Position numbers and translations under genes: made by a program. From Candidatus Omnitrophota bacterium (GTDB lineage Bacteria; Omnitrophota; Gorgyraeia; 2-02-FULL-51-18), in the NCBI GenBank assembly GCA_016197155.1, contig JACPWF010000015.1, forward strand, positions 8,157-72,156: a stretch of 64,000 nt of DNA, read 5' to 3'. Shown in pieces: positions 9,137 to 18,587 of the stretch (positions within the stretch are counted from its first letter, which is position 1; every line of letters starts with the position of its first letter). The notes below the pieces were generated by a model. The model had not been told where the DNA came from. It made no database searches and saw nothing but the letters and a program-made list of their open reading frames with translations.

Positions 9137-10542
9137 TCGTTCCCCGCCGCCGCAAACGCGACACGTTTCTTCCGTGGCTTCAGTTGGCCGCCGATGTGGC
9201 CGCGATTCAGGCGGTCTTAAGGGCCTCTTATTGGCTGAGATTTTTCAACCCCTATTTTGTCCTGCCCAGCGGCATTCCGGATTATCCGATTTATCTGGCC
9301 TCGTTTAATTTCATCACGCTCATCCTCGTTTTTTTTCTGCGCTTTTACGGCCTGTATAAACCCGCGCGGGTTTTCACTTATGCCAACGAGGCGGCGCGCG
9401 CGGTAAAGGCCGTTGTCGCGAGCGTCATCGTGCTCATGGCGCTCACCTTTTTTATCCGCGGGTTCACGTATTCGCGCACGTTTCTGGTGATGACGGGGAT
9501 TCTCATGGCGCTTGGCCTTTCCGCGGCGCGGTTTTTTCTGGGCGTTGCGGTGATGAGCGCGGACAGGGCCAGAGGCAGTTTTCGGAACGTGCTTCTAATG
9601 GGTTATGACGAAAATGCGCGGAAGCTCATCCACTTCTACCGGAAACATCCCCGTTTCAGCACGCGCGTGGTGGGGATTTTGGACGAGGCCCTGCCGCCGG
9701 GCTCCGAGGCGGAGGGGGTGCCGGTTTTGGGCCGGATTTCTGAATTGCCGAAATATCTCCAGGCCCATCACCAGGTCCATGAGGCGGTGCTGTCGGGACA
9801 GGGGGTTCCGAACGAGACGGTTTTAAAAATGATTTACGATTGCGAAAAAGAACTCGTGGCCTTTCGCTGGATCGCGGATGTTTTCGGGCTCATCGCCTCG
9901 AAGATGAGCGTTTCTTATTTCGGGGGCGTGCCGCTTTTATCTTTCATGGACTCGCCGCTCGGAGACTGGGAAAACCGTTTTCTGAAACGCGCGATGGACA
10001 TCGCCCTGTCCGCGGCGGCGCTCATTATTTTTTCGCCGGTGTTTTTGATTTTGACCGTTTTAATCAAACGGGATTCGCCGGGGCCTGTTTTTTATCCCCA
10101 GGAGAGGACCGGCGAGGACGGGCGCCATTTCATGCTTTTAAAATTCAGAACCATGAAGGCCGATGCCGAGGCCCAGACGGGCCCGGTGTGGGCAAGCGAA
10201 GACGACCCACGCCGCACGAGGCTCGGAGCTTTTTTAAGAAAAAACAACCTGGACGAACTGCCCCAGCTCTGGAATGTTCTAAAGGGCGACATGAGCCTCG
10301 TCGGCCCGAGGCCCGAGCGGCCCTATTTTGTGAGCCGGTTCCGCGAGGACGTGCCCCGTTACATGGCGCGGCACTCGATCCGTTCGGGCATCACGGGCTG
10401 GGCGCAGGTGAATGGCCTGCGCGGCAACACCTCCATCGAGGAACGGACGAAATTTGATTTGTATTACATCGAAAATTGGTCGCTTCTTTTTGACCTCAAG
10501 ATTCTTTTCATGACTCTCTTTGCCCGTGACAATGCGTACTGA
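9133..10542 (+). CDS. Undecaprenyl-phosphate sugar phosphotransferase (WcaJ/WbaP-like)
   Basis: N-terminal TM helices, then KRAMDI, KFRTM, LDELPQLWNVLKGDMSLVGPRPE and GITGWAQVNG motifs. Confidence 0.93.
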   Translation: MIVPRRRKRDTFLPWLQLAADVAAIQAVLRASYWLRFFNPYFVLPSGIPDYPIYLASFNFITLILVFFLRFYGLYKPARVFTYANEAARAVKAVVASVIVLMALTFFIRGFTYSRTFLVMTGILMALGLSAARFFLGVAVMSADRARGSFRNVLLMGYDENARKLIHFYRKHPRFSTRVVGILDEALPPGSEAEGVPVLGRISELPKYLQAHHQVHEAVLSGQGVPNETVLKMIYDCEKELVAFRWIADVFGLIASKMSVSYFGGVPLLSFMDSPLGDWENRFLKRAMDIALSAAALIIFSPVFLILTVLIKRDSPGPVFYPQERTGEDGRHFMLLKFRTMKADAEAQTGPVWASEDDPRRTRLGAFLRKNNLDELPQLWNVLKGDMSLVGPRPERPYFVSRFREDVPRYMARHSIRSGITGWAQVNGLRGNTSIEERTKFDLYYIENWSLLFDLKILFMTLFARDNAY

Positions 10543-11716
10543 TTTTAAGACCGCCGCTTTTTGGGCGCTAGCGGCGCTTCTGGCCGCGATCCCATTCTCC
10601 AACGCCCTTTTTGAGATCGCCTCCTGCGCGTTTATCGGTTTTTTTCTTTTGTCTCTTTTTCAAAAAAAGGACTTTATTTTTTTTAGACAAACTTTTTTTA
10701 CGCTGATTTTGATTTATTTTTTGATGAATCTTCTTTCGTTCGCGCGCACGGAGTATCCGGACGCCTCCGTCCGGGGCCTGCTCAAGGTGCTCAAAAATAT
10801 TCTCTTGTGCGCGGGAGCGGCCTACGTGATCGATTCGGAAAAACGGTTTCGCGCGGTTTTTTGGACGATTTTGATCGCGGCGGTTTTTGCGGGCCTGGAT
10901 GCCTGGATCCAGGGGATGCGGGGCGTGGATTTGCTGGGCCGGCACCCGACGGCTTTTTACGGGACGGTCGGGCGCCTGACAGGGCCTTTCCGGCATGCCA
11001 ATGATTTCGCGGCGTATTTGTCCGTTGTCTTTTTTCTTTTTTTGGCCGCGGTCACGGATGGCTTCGCCGTTTTTTCCAGGCGGAAATATCTTTTTTGCCT
11101 GGCGGGTTCCATCCTGACCGCCGGGTGCCTTGTCGTGACTTATTCGCGCGGAGCGTGGATCGCGGTCGCGGTGGTTTTTTTGATCAGCGCCTGCGTGAAA
11201 AGAAACAGGATCACCGCGGCCTTCCTTGCCGCGGGCGTGGTTTTTGTTTTGTTTTTTTCGCCGCCGCTGGTCAAGCAGAGGCTCGGCCGGCTTTTTGAGC
11301 CCGGTAGAGACACGCTGGTCGAGCGCAAGGCGCTGTGGGGCGAATCCATCCAAATGATCCGCACAAGTCCGCTGATCGGCTTGGGCGTGAACACCTACGC
11401 CAGGAACGAAATGAAATTCAAAACCTCCCACACCGATTTTCAATACGCGCACAACGGTTATCTTCAAATGGCCGCCGAGATCGGCCTCTTCGGCCTTTTC
11501 AGTTTTCTGGCCGTTGTCGTTTATTTTTTGACGAAGTGTCCGCGGGCGGCGGCCCGCTCGCCCGGCCCGTATGTTCAAATGGCTGGGCCAGGCCTTGCCT
11601 TTGCCGTCGCGGCGTTTCTTTTGGGAAGCGCGGCCGACACGAGCCTGCATTCTCTGCGACTGGTTAATTTCTTTTGGATTTTAATGGGGATCGGCTGGTC
11701 CGCGAAGAATGTTTAA
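10532..11716 (+). CDS. O-antigen ligase family protein (WaaL-like)
   Basis: Polytopic membrane protein with RLTGPF..AN, TYSRGAW, ERKALW and AHNGYLQMAAEIG motifs. Confidence 0.88.
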   Translation: MRTDFKTAAFWALAALLAAIPFSNALFEIASCAFIGFFLLSLFQKKDFIFFRQTFFTLILIYFLMNLLSFARTEYPDASVRGLLKVLKNILLCAGAAYVIDSEKRFRAVFWTILIAAVFAGLDAWIQGMRGVDLLGRHPTAFYGTVGRLTGPFRHANDFAAYLSVVFFLFLAAVTDGFAVFSRRKYLFCLAGSILTAGCLVVTYSRGAWIAVAVVFLISACVKRNRITAAFLAAGVVFVLFFSPPLVKQRLGRLFEPGRDTLVERKALWGESIQMIRTSPLIGLGVNTYARNEMKFKTSHTDFQYAHNGYLQMAAEIGLFGLFSFLAVVVYFLTKCPRAAARSPGPYVQMAGPGLAFAVAAFLLGSAADTSLHSLRLVNFFWILMGIGWSAKNV

Positions 11717-12671
11717 AGAAGACATCCGCCGCATTTTATTTATCCGCACGGACCGGCTCGGCGACGTGCTCATGAACCTGCCGGCCATCCGCGTTTTGCG
11801 CCAGACATTCCCAAAGGCGTGGATCGCGCTTTTGGCCAAGCCTTCGGTCGCGCCGCTTTTCCGGCATCATCCCGATTTGGATGAGGTGATCGTTTTGGAT
11901 TCCGGGGCCGCCGAAAAAATTAAAAAGGCGCGCTTTGACCTGGCCATTATTTCCAATCCCGATAAATCCCTGCATTGGCTCATGTTCGTAAGTCACATCC
12001 GGCACCGCGTCGGCTATGACCGCAAATGGGGATTTCTCCTCACGCGCAAGATAAAGGACGAGAAAGACAAGGCCGAGCGTCATGAGATGGATTACAATTT
12101 GGAATTGATCCACCTCGTGTCCGCTGTTTCCTGGGACGGCGAAATGATTCTCGGCGAAGATCCGGCCGCGCGGAAAGAAATCGAAGGGCGTTTGGCCGAC
12201 AGGGCCGGCGCGGCGCCCGCCGGCTGGATCGCGATTCATCCCGGCACGAGTCATCCCGCAAAAAGATGGGACCCGCGGCGTTTTGCCGCGCTCTGTTCGA
12301 TGATCGCCTGCCAAACCCCGTTTAAGCCGCTTCTCATCGGCGGGGAAGAGGAAAGGAGGGTCTCCGCCGAGGTGGCCGATTATTCTCCGGAACCGGTGCT
12401 GGATTGGACGGGGCGCTTGACGCTTCCGGAGCTTGCCGCTTTTTTTAAAAATTCCCGGGTGAAAGCGCTGGTCTCGTCGGACAGCGGGCCGGTGCACCTG
12501 GCGTGGATGAGCGGTGTGCCGGTCGTCGCGCTTTACGCGAAAAACGCGGCCGGATCCAACCCCGCGCGTTGGGGCCCGCGCGGTGTTGCGAGCCGGGCGA
12601 TTTATAAACCCATTTTTGAAATCGATCCGGAGGAAGTCTTCGCGTGTTTGCGGGAGGTGTTGGCGCGATGA
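11709..12671 (+). CDS. Glycosyltransferase family 9
   Basis: RTDRLGD, HPG...KRW and DSGPVHLA motifs. Confidence 0.9.
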   Translation: MFKEDIRRILFIRTDRLGDVLMNLPAIRVLRQTFPKAWIALLAKPSVAPLFRHHPDLDEVIVLDSGAAEKIKKARFDLAIISNPDKSLHWLMFVSHIRHRVGYDRKWGFLLTRKIKDEKDKAERHEMDYNLELIHLVSAVSWDGEMILGEDPAARKEIEGRLADRAGAAPAGWIAIHPGTSHPAKRWDPRRFAALCSMIACQTPFKPLLIGGEEERRVSAEVADYSPEPVLDWTGRLTLPELAAFFKNSRVKALVSSDSGPVHLAWMSGVPVVALYAKNAAGSNPARWGPRGVASRAIYKPIFEIDPEEVFACLREVLAR

Positions 12672-13729
12672 AGCGGATCCTGGTGGTCAATCCCTTCGGC
12701 ATCGGCGACGCGATCTTTTCGATGTTTCTCGTCGAGGCGATTCGAAGGGCCGTTCCCGACGCCTTTATCGGTTTTGTGTGTAACGAGCGCACCGCGGACC
12801 TCGCGCGGCTTGACGCCTCGATTGACGGGACCTTTGTCTTTAACCGGGATCTATTTCGGAAACTGTGGAGGCAGAGCCCGCTTCTTTTTTATAAAGAGCT
12901 AAAGGGCTTTCTCGGCGTCTTGAAAGAGGCGCGTTTTGACACGCTGTTTGACCTGTCGCTCGGGCGTCAATACAGCTTGTTCGCGATGGGAATCGGCATT
13001 CCTGACCGGATCGGCTTTGATTTCAAAGGCCGCGGAATTTTTTTGACGCGGAAGAAAAAAATAGACGGCTATGCGGGCCGTCAGGCGGCGGAGATTCAGC
13101 TCGAGCTTTTGGAGGCGGCGGGCCTGCGTCCGGATAAAAATAATTTAAAATTAAACCTGTCAATTTCGGATGCGGCCCGGAAAGCCGCGGGGCATGAATT
13201 GAAAAGCCGCGGGTTTTCCGAAACCGACAGAATTCTGGCCCTGGCCCCGGGCGGAGGCAAAAGCTGGGGGAAGGACGCTCGATTCAAGCAGTGGGACCCC
13301 GGACGTTTTGCCGAAGCGGCGAACGCGTTCGAGGGACACACAATTTTACTTCTCGGTGACGAGGAAGAGAGAAATTTATTGGAAAAAACGGCGGGGTTTT
13401 TGAACGCCAAAAGTTTAATCCTCGCCGGCGAGCCGATCGAGAGGGTCTCCGCCTTTCTTTTGAGAAGCCGGGCGCTTTTGTGCAATGACGGCGGCCTGCT
13501 TCATCTGGCCAACGCGCTTGGCGTGAAAACCGTGTCGATCTACGGGCCGGTGGATGAAAAAGTGTACGGCCCGTTTGACCGGATTGTGGCACATCAGGTC
13601 GTGACCCAAGATGTTCCGTGCCGGCCGTGTTATCAGAAGTTTCATTTTCCGCCGTGTCCGTATGACCGGCGGTGTCTGGACCATCTGCCGGCGGAGAAAG
13701 TCGTCGCCGCGCTTCGAAAAGTGATATGA
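12668..13729 (+). CDS. Glycosyltransferase family 9
   Basis: PFGIGD, PGGG..W...KQW, NDGGLLHLA and C-terminal CRPC...C motifs. Confidence 0.88.
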   Translation: MKRILVVNPFGIGDAIFSMFLVEAIRRAVPDAFIGFVCNERTADLARLDASIDGTFVFNRDLFRKLWRQSPLLFYKELKGFLGVLKEARFDTLFDLSLGRQYSLFAMGIGIPDRIGFDFKGRGIFLTRKKKIDGYAGRQAAEIQLELLEAAGLRPDKNNLKLNLSISDAARKAAGHELKSRGFSETDRILALAPGGGKSWGKDARFKQWDPGRFAEAANAFEGHTILLLGDEEERNLLEKTAGFLNAKSLILAGEPIERVSAFLLRSRALLCNDGGLLHLANALGVKTVSIYGPVDEKVYGPFDRIVAHQVVTQDVPCRPCYQKFHFPPCPYDRRCLDHLPAEKVVAALRKVI

Positions 13730-13738
13730 TATTTGGTT

Positions 13739-14518
13739 ATGAATTCTGAAAAAGCGCCCGTGTCGGTGGTGGTCATCACCAAAAATGAAGCGGACCGGAT
13801 ACGCGAGTGCCTCGAAAGCGTCCGATGGGCCGACGAAATCATCGTGGTGGATGATTTTTCGACGGACGACACGCCGAAAATCGCCAAAGAGTTCACGGAC
13901 AGGGTTTTTTCGCGAAAAATGGATATCGAGGGCCGGCATCGTAACCACGCCTACGGCCTGGCCTCTCACGAATGGGTCTTGAGTCTCGACGCGGATGAGC
14001 GTGTCACACCCGAATTGCGCGAGGAGATCGCGGCCCTTTTAAAAAGCGGCGCCACTTGCAACGGCTACACGATTCCCCGTAAAAATTTCATGGGCAAGAC
14101 CTGGGTGCGCTACGGCGGCATGTACCCGTCGGCACAGCTCAGGCTTTTTAAAAAATCAGCGTTCAAATATGACGAACAGGCCGAGGTGCATCCCCAGGCC
14201 TACATGAAGGACCCGCGCGGCAGTTTGAAAAGCGACATCCTCCATTACACGTACCGGGATTTTACCGACGCCATCGCCAAACTCGACCGCCAGACGGATC
14301 TCGAGGCGCAAAAGTGGTTCCGCGAGAAACGGCGTGTGGGCGTTTTTTCGATTCTCCGCAAAATGGTGGACCGTTTCTGGCGCGCCTATTTCGGAAAAGA
14401 GGGTCACCGGGACGGCGTCATCGGCCTGTTTCTGGCGGTGAATTCGGGCATGTACCAATTTTTATCCTTCGCCAAATACTGGGAAATGAAAAAGGCCGAA
14501 CAGCCGAAGCGGCCATGA
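13739..14518 (+). CDS. GT2 LPS core glycosyltransferase (KdtX/WaaE-like)
   Basis: ITKNEA, DDFSTDDT and LSLDADE motifs. Confidence 0.9.
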   Translation: MNSEKAPVSVVVITKNEADRIRECLESVRWADEIIVVDDFSTDDTPKIAKEFTDRVFSRKMDIEGRHRNHAYGLASHEWVLSLDADERVTPELREEIAALLKSGATCNGYTIPRKNFMGKTWVRYGGMYPSAQLRLFKKSAFKYDEQAEVHPQAYMKDPRGSLKSDILHYTYRDFTDAIAKLDRQTDLEAQKWFREKRRVGVFSILRKMVDRFWRAYFGKEGHRDGVIGLFLAVNSGMYQFLSFAKYWEMKKAEQPKRP

Positions 14519-15345
14519 CGCGCCAGACCTTGAGCGCGGTCCTCATGACCAAGGACTGCGAAAATCTGGTCGAAGGCACTCTGAAGAGTGTCGCCGGATG
14601 GGCGGACGAAATCGTCGTGATAGACGGTTTCAGCCGCGACCGGACCGTCGAGATTTGCCGCCGGTACACGGACAAGGTTTTTCAAAATAAATGGGACGGT
14701 TATCGCTTTTGCACGGAACGGAATCTCGGAAACGGGAAGGCGACCGGCGATTGGTGCCTGCACATCGACCCAGACGAGCGCGCCACGCCGGAATTTAAAA
14801 AGGCGGTCACCGGGATTTTGACGCGCCCCACGCCGCACGGCGCTTTTGAATTCCGAAAAAAGAATTATTTTCTGGGACATTTCATGCGGCACGGCGGGTG
14901 GTACCACTACAGCCGCCACCTTTTTCGGCGCGGCCGCGCGCATTACGAGGGCGTGATCCACGAAACGCTCGTTGTCGACGGGAGTGTCGGAAGAATCGAG
15001 GCGTCGGTCGAGCATTATCCCTTCACCTCCGTGAAACAGTTTGTGATGCGCCACAACGGCTATTCGACGCGCGAGGCGCTCGCGAAAGCCGAATCGGGCG
15101 GGCCCCTTTCCAAAAAAACACTTTTTTACAACATTGAAACCAAGCCGCTCAAGCGTTTTTTCAAATTTTATGTGCGCAAGAAAGGTTTTCTGGACGGAAT
15201 GGTCGGGCTCATTTTTTCGGTGCTTTTCGCGTGGGTGCATTTTTTAAATTGGGTAAAATTGTGGGAAATCAATGAATGTTCTGATCATCAAATTGGGCGC
15301 GCTGGGCGACGTCCTGCGCACGACGCCGCTTTTAAGCGCGCTTAA
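14515..15345 (+). CDS. GT2 LPS core glycosyltransferase (KdtX-like paralog)
   Basis: DGFSRDRT, HIDPDE, IHE and KGFLDG motifs. ATG overlaps the upstream stop. Confidence 0.88.
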   Translation: MTRQTLSAVLMTKDCENLVEGTLKSVAGWADEIVVIDGFSRDRTVEICRRYTDKVFQNKWDGYRFCTERNLGNGKATGDWCLHIDPDERATPEFKKAVTGILTRPTPHGAFEFRKKNYFLGHFMRHGGWYHYSRHLFRRGRAHYEGVIHETLVVDGSVGRIEASVEHYPFTSVKQFVMRHNGYSTREALAKAESGGPLSKKTLFYNIETKPLKRFFKFYVRKKGFLDGMVGLIFSVLFAWVHFLNWVKLWEINECSDHQIGRAGRRPAHDAAFKRA

Positions 15346-16297
15346 AAAAAAGGATCCCGCCGCGCGCGTGACGTGGCTGGTCGATGAGGCGCACCGGGGG
15401 GCGCTTGAGGGAAATCCTCTCATTGACGAGCTCATTTCTTTTTCGCCCGCGGCCGTCGGCCTTCTAAAAAAAAGATCTTTTGATTGGGCTGTCAATTTAG
15501 ACAAAGAAAAAGAGGCGCTCGACGCCGTTTCCGCCGCCGCGGCCAAAAAGAAAATGGGTTTCGGACGTTTGGTGAACGGGGAATTGGGGCCGCTCGATCC
15601 TTTGAGCGAGTACGCGTATCGTTTGGGAATTGACGATGAATTGAAGTTTAAGAAAAATAAGAAAACTTATCAGGAAATCAGCTTTGAGCAGATGGGGTGG
15701 AAATTTGAGGGCGAGGATTATGTTTTCACGCTCGGTGATGAAAATACCGATTATGCCCGGCGCGTGCTGAAGGAGCGGGGCGTGGGGTTAAACGGCCGAA
15801 AGGGGCCCTTGATCGGTTTAAATACGGGCAGCGGCAATCGTTTTGCGGGAAAAAAACTGCCGGTCTCCACTCTTGTGAGGCTCGCCGGGATTTTTTGCGA
15901 ACGGATGGGCGCAACCGTGCTTCTTTTGGGCGGAAAAGACGAGACCGAGCGGAATCGTGAAATCGCCGGGCTTTGCCGCGGTTCGGTCGTGAATGCCGGC
16001 AGTCACGCGATCAGGGATTTCGCCGCGATCGTGAAGCGTTGTGACTTGGCGGTATCCGGCGACACGACGGCAATGCACATCGCGATCGCCGTGAAGGTGC
16101 CGGTGGTCGCGTATTTTGCCTCCACCTGCGCGCCGGAAATCGAGCTTTACGGCCGCGGGAAAAAAGTGGTTTCCGGAATCTCCTGCGCGCCGTGTTACAA
16201 AAAAATTTGTCCGATCGACGAGCAGTGCATGAAAGACATGACCGCGGAGGAACTTTTTTCCGCGGCCAAGGAGGTGCTCGCGCATGCCGGGGTCTAA
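15272..16297 (+). CDS. Glycosyltransferase family 9
   Basis: KLGALGDVLRTT, DTTAMHIAIA and CAPCY...C motifs. Confidence 0.9.
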   Translation: MNVLIIKLGALGDVLRTTPLLSALKKKDPAARVTWLVDEAHRGALEGNPLIDELISFSPAAVGLLKKRSFDWAVNLDKEKEALDAVSAAAAKKKMGFGRLVNGELGPLDPLSEYAYRLGIDDELKFKKNKKTYQEISFEQMGWKFEGEDYVFTLGDENTDYARRVLKERGVGLNGRKGPLIGLNTGSGNRFAGKKLPVSTLVRLAGIFCERMGATVLLLGGKDETERNREIAGLCRGSVVNAGSHAIRDFAAIVKRCDLAVSGDTTAMHIAIAVKVPVVAYFASTCAPEIELYGRGKKVVSGISCAPCYKKICPIDEQCMKDMTAEELFSAAKEVLAHAGV

Positions 16298-16841
16298 ATT
16301 TATTTTCCTCGACCGGGACGGCGTCATCAATGAATTTCCCGGGCCGGGCGGCTACGTGACGGATTGGAAGAAATTTCGTTTTATTCCCAAATCAGCCGAG
16401 GCGATCGCCCTTTTGTCGCGCGCGGGTTTTGAGATTGCCGTCATCTCCAACCAGGGCGGGGTTTCGAAAGGGCTGATGACGTCCGAAGATTTGAAGCGCC
16501 TCACGCGCCAGATGCTGGAGGCCGTCAAAAAAAAAGGCGGAAAAATCGCGGGGGTTTTTTACTGCGAGCACCAGACCTCCGACCGCTGTGACTGCAAAAA
16601 GCCCAAACCCGCTCTTTTTTATCGGGCGATCGGCGGCCGCGCGGCGGATTGGAAATCGATTTTTTTTATCGGGGACTCCAGGGAGGACATCCTGGCGGGC
16701 AAGGCGCTGGGTTGTAAAACCCTGATGGTGCTGACGGGGCGGCTGAAGGAAAAAGACATTCCGGCCCTGCCGGCGAAACCGGACGCGGTCAAAAAGGATC
16801 TTTGGGAGGCGGCGCGTTGGATCATCCAAAAAAAATACTGA
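16284..16841 (+). CDS. gmhB: D-glycero-D-manno-heptose 1,7-bisphosphate phosphatase
   Basis: FLDRDGVIN, SNQ, CxH...CxCxKP and GDS HAD-IIIA motifs. Confidence 0.88.
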   Translation: MPGSKFIFLDRDGVINEFPGPGGYVTDWKKFRFIPKSAEAIALLSRAGFEIAVISNQGGVSKGLMTSEDLKRLTRQMLEAVKKKGGKIAGVFYCEHQTSDRCDCKKPKPALFYRAIGGRAADWKSIFFIGDSREDILAGKALGCKTLMVLTGRLKEKDIPALPAKPDAVKKDLWEAARWIIQKKY

Positions 16842-17941
16842 TCCTTTACGCCTCGGCGGGCTACGGCCACAAGAAGGCGGCCAAGGCCATCGAGGAGGCG
16901 TACAGGAAAAAAGGGCGTCACGCCGTCCGGTGCGTGGATGTTTTGACCATCACCACTTCTATCTTCGGGCAGGGCTATGAACGCACCTACCTTTTTTTGA
17001 TCCGGCACTTTCCGTGGCTGTGGGGATTTTTTTATTATCTGACCGACGTGCGCTGGGTTTATCTGGCGGTGATCAAGCCTCTGCGCCGCGCGGTGAATGC
17101 CTTCGTCGGGGGACGTCTGGCCAGACTCATCTTCGAGGAGCGGGCCTCGGTCATCATTTCGACGCATTTTTTGTCGACGGAAGTGGCGGGGCACCTGAAG
17201 GCGCGCGGCCAGATCCACTCACGGCTTGTCACGGTCGTGACGGATTTCATGCCGCATTATTTTTGGTTGTCGCCGGGTGTGGACGCGTATGAGGTGGCCC
17301 TGCCGGAGACCAAACAGGCGCTCGTGAAAAAGGGCGTGGCGCCCGAAAAAATTTACGTGATGGGCATTCCCGTCGAACCGAAATTTTCTAGGCCCCTTTC
17401 GAAGGAAGCGATCCAGAGTCATTATTCCATTCCGAAAGGCGCTTTCACGATTTTACTCACCAGCGGCGCGGCCGCCGTCGGGCCGTTTAAGAAAATGGTG
17501 GAAAGCCTGCGGAATTTGAAGCGGCCGCTTCAGATCCTCGTGGTGTGCGGAAATAACGACCGCTTGCGTGAGGACCTCTCGCGAACCTATGCCTCCGACG
17601 GATCGGTAAAAATTTTTGGTTTTGTTCAGAACATGGAAGAGCTGATGGAGGTGGCGGACCTGGTCGTCGGAAAAGGGGGAGGGCTGACCCTTTCCGAGTG
17701 TCTGGCGAAAGACAGGCCGATGCTCATTTTCCGGCCGGTGCCCGGACAGGAATCCCGCAACGCCCGGTGCATGGAAAAGCACGGCGCGGGGGTGACGGTT
17801 CATTCGATCCGCAAAGTCCGGGAAAATGTCCTGGGTTTTTTGGATCACCCCGCCCGCCTGGATTATCTGAAACGGAACGCGGTCCGGCTGGGCAAACCGC
17901 GCGCGGCCGAGGCGATAGGCGAGTGGCTGGACCATGAGTGA
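16817..17941 (+). CDS. MGDG synthase/UgtP-like diacylglycerol glycosyltransferase (GT28-related)
   Basis: SAGYGH, STHF, VVTDF..H, GIPV, KGGGLT and PGQE motifs. TTG start after GGAGG. Confidence 0.85.
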   Translation: MDHPKKILILYASAGYGHKKAAKAIEEAYRKKGRHAVRCVDVLTITTSIFGQGYERTYLFLIRHFPWLWGFFYYLTDVRWVYLAVIKPLRRAVNAFVGGRLARLIFEERASVIISTHFLSTEVAGHLKARGQIHSRLVTVVTDFMPHYFWLSPGVDAYEVALPETKQALVKKGVAPEKIYVMGIPVEPKFSRPLSKEAIQSHYSIPKGAFTILLTSGAAAVGPFKKMVESLRNLKRPLQILVVCGNNDRLREDLSRTYASDGSVKIFGFVQNMEELMEVADLVVGKGGGLTLSECLAKDRPMLIFRPVPGQESRNARCMEKHGAGVTVHSIRKVRENVLGFLDHPARLDYLKRNAVRLGKPRAAEAIGEWLDHE

Positions 17942-18581
17942 CGCTCGGAGCGAGGCGCTCGCCGCCGCGCGGCAAATTTTGGAAACGGAAAAGGCGTTCG
18001 GCGTTTCGGAGATTGTTTCAGGCGAAAAAAAAGAGACGCTCGCGTCGCTCGAAGCGGAATTTAAAAATTGCGCGCTTTGCGCGCTTTCCCAAACGCGCAC
18101 GCAGGTGGTTTTTGGAAGCGGAAACCCGCGCGCCGGGCTCATGTTCGTCGGCGAGGCGCCCGGATTCGACGAAGACCGGCAGGGCCTGCCCTTTGTCGGC
18201 GCGGCCGGACAGCTCCTGACGAAAATGATCCAGGCCATGAAACTTCGCCGCGAAGACGTGTACATCGCCAATTGCCTCAAGTGCCGCCCGCCGGGGAACC
18301 GCAACCCTCTTCCCACGGAGATCGCGACCTGCCACCCGATTCTTCAAAGACAGATCCAGCTCATCCGTCCGAAGGTCATCTGCGCGCTCGGGAAATTCGC
18401 CGCGCAGACGCTTTTGAAAACCGAGACCCCCATCAGCCGTTTGCGCGGGCGCTTTGTGGAACAGGGCGGCGTTAAAATCATGCCGACCTTTCATCCCGCG
18501 TATCTTTTGAGAAATCCCGCCGACAAAAAACTGGCCTGGGAAGACCTGAAGGCCATCATGAAAGAGATGGGGACGCTCTAG
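17934..18581 (+). CDS. Uracil-DNA glycosylase family 4
   Basis: CxxC, GEAPG..ED, PFVG.AG, KCRPP.NR and FHPAY motifs. Confidence 0.93.
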   Translation: MSDARSEALAAARQILETEKAFGVSEIVSGEKKETLASLEAEFKNCALCALSQTRTQVVFGSGNPRAGLMFVGEAPGFDEDRQGLPFVGAAGQLLTKMIQAMKLRREDVYIANCLKCRPPGNRNPLPTEIATCHPILQRQIQLIRPKVICALGKFAAQTLLKTETPISRLRGRFVEQGGVKIMPTFHPAYLLRNPADKKLAWEDLKAIMKEMGTL

Positions 18582-18587
18582 GGCTTC

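Noticed and set aside
10568-11650. 360-aa minus-strand ORF
   Set aside because: Antisense shadow of the O-antigen ligase; its Lys/Arg richness mirrors the Phe/Leu codons on the other strand.
15272-15345. 74-nt overlap of GT2 and GT9 as a programmed frameshift
   Set aside because: Both domains are complete, no slippery site is evident, and the extra tail looks like simple stop-codon drift.
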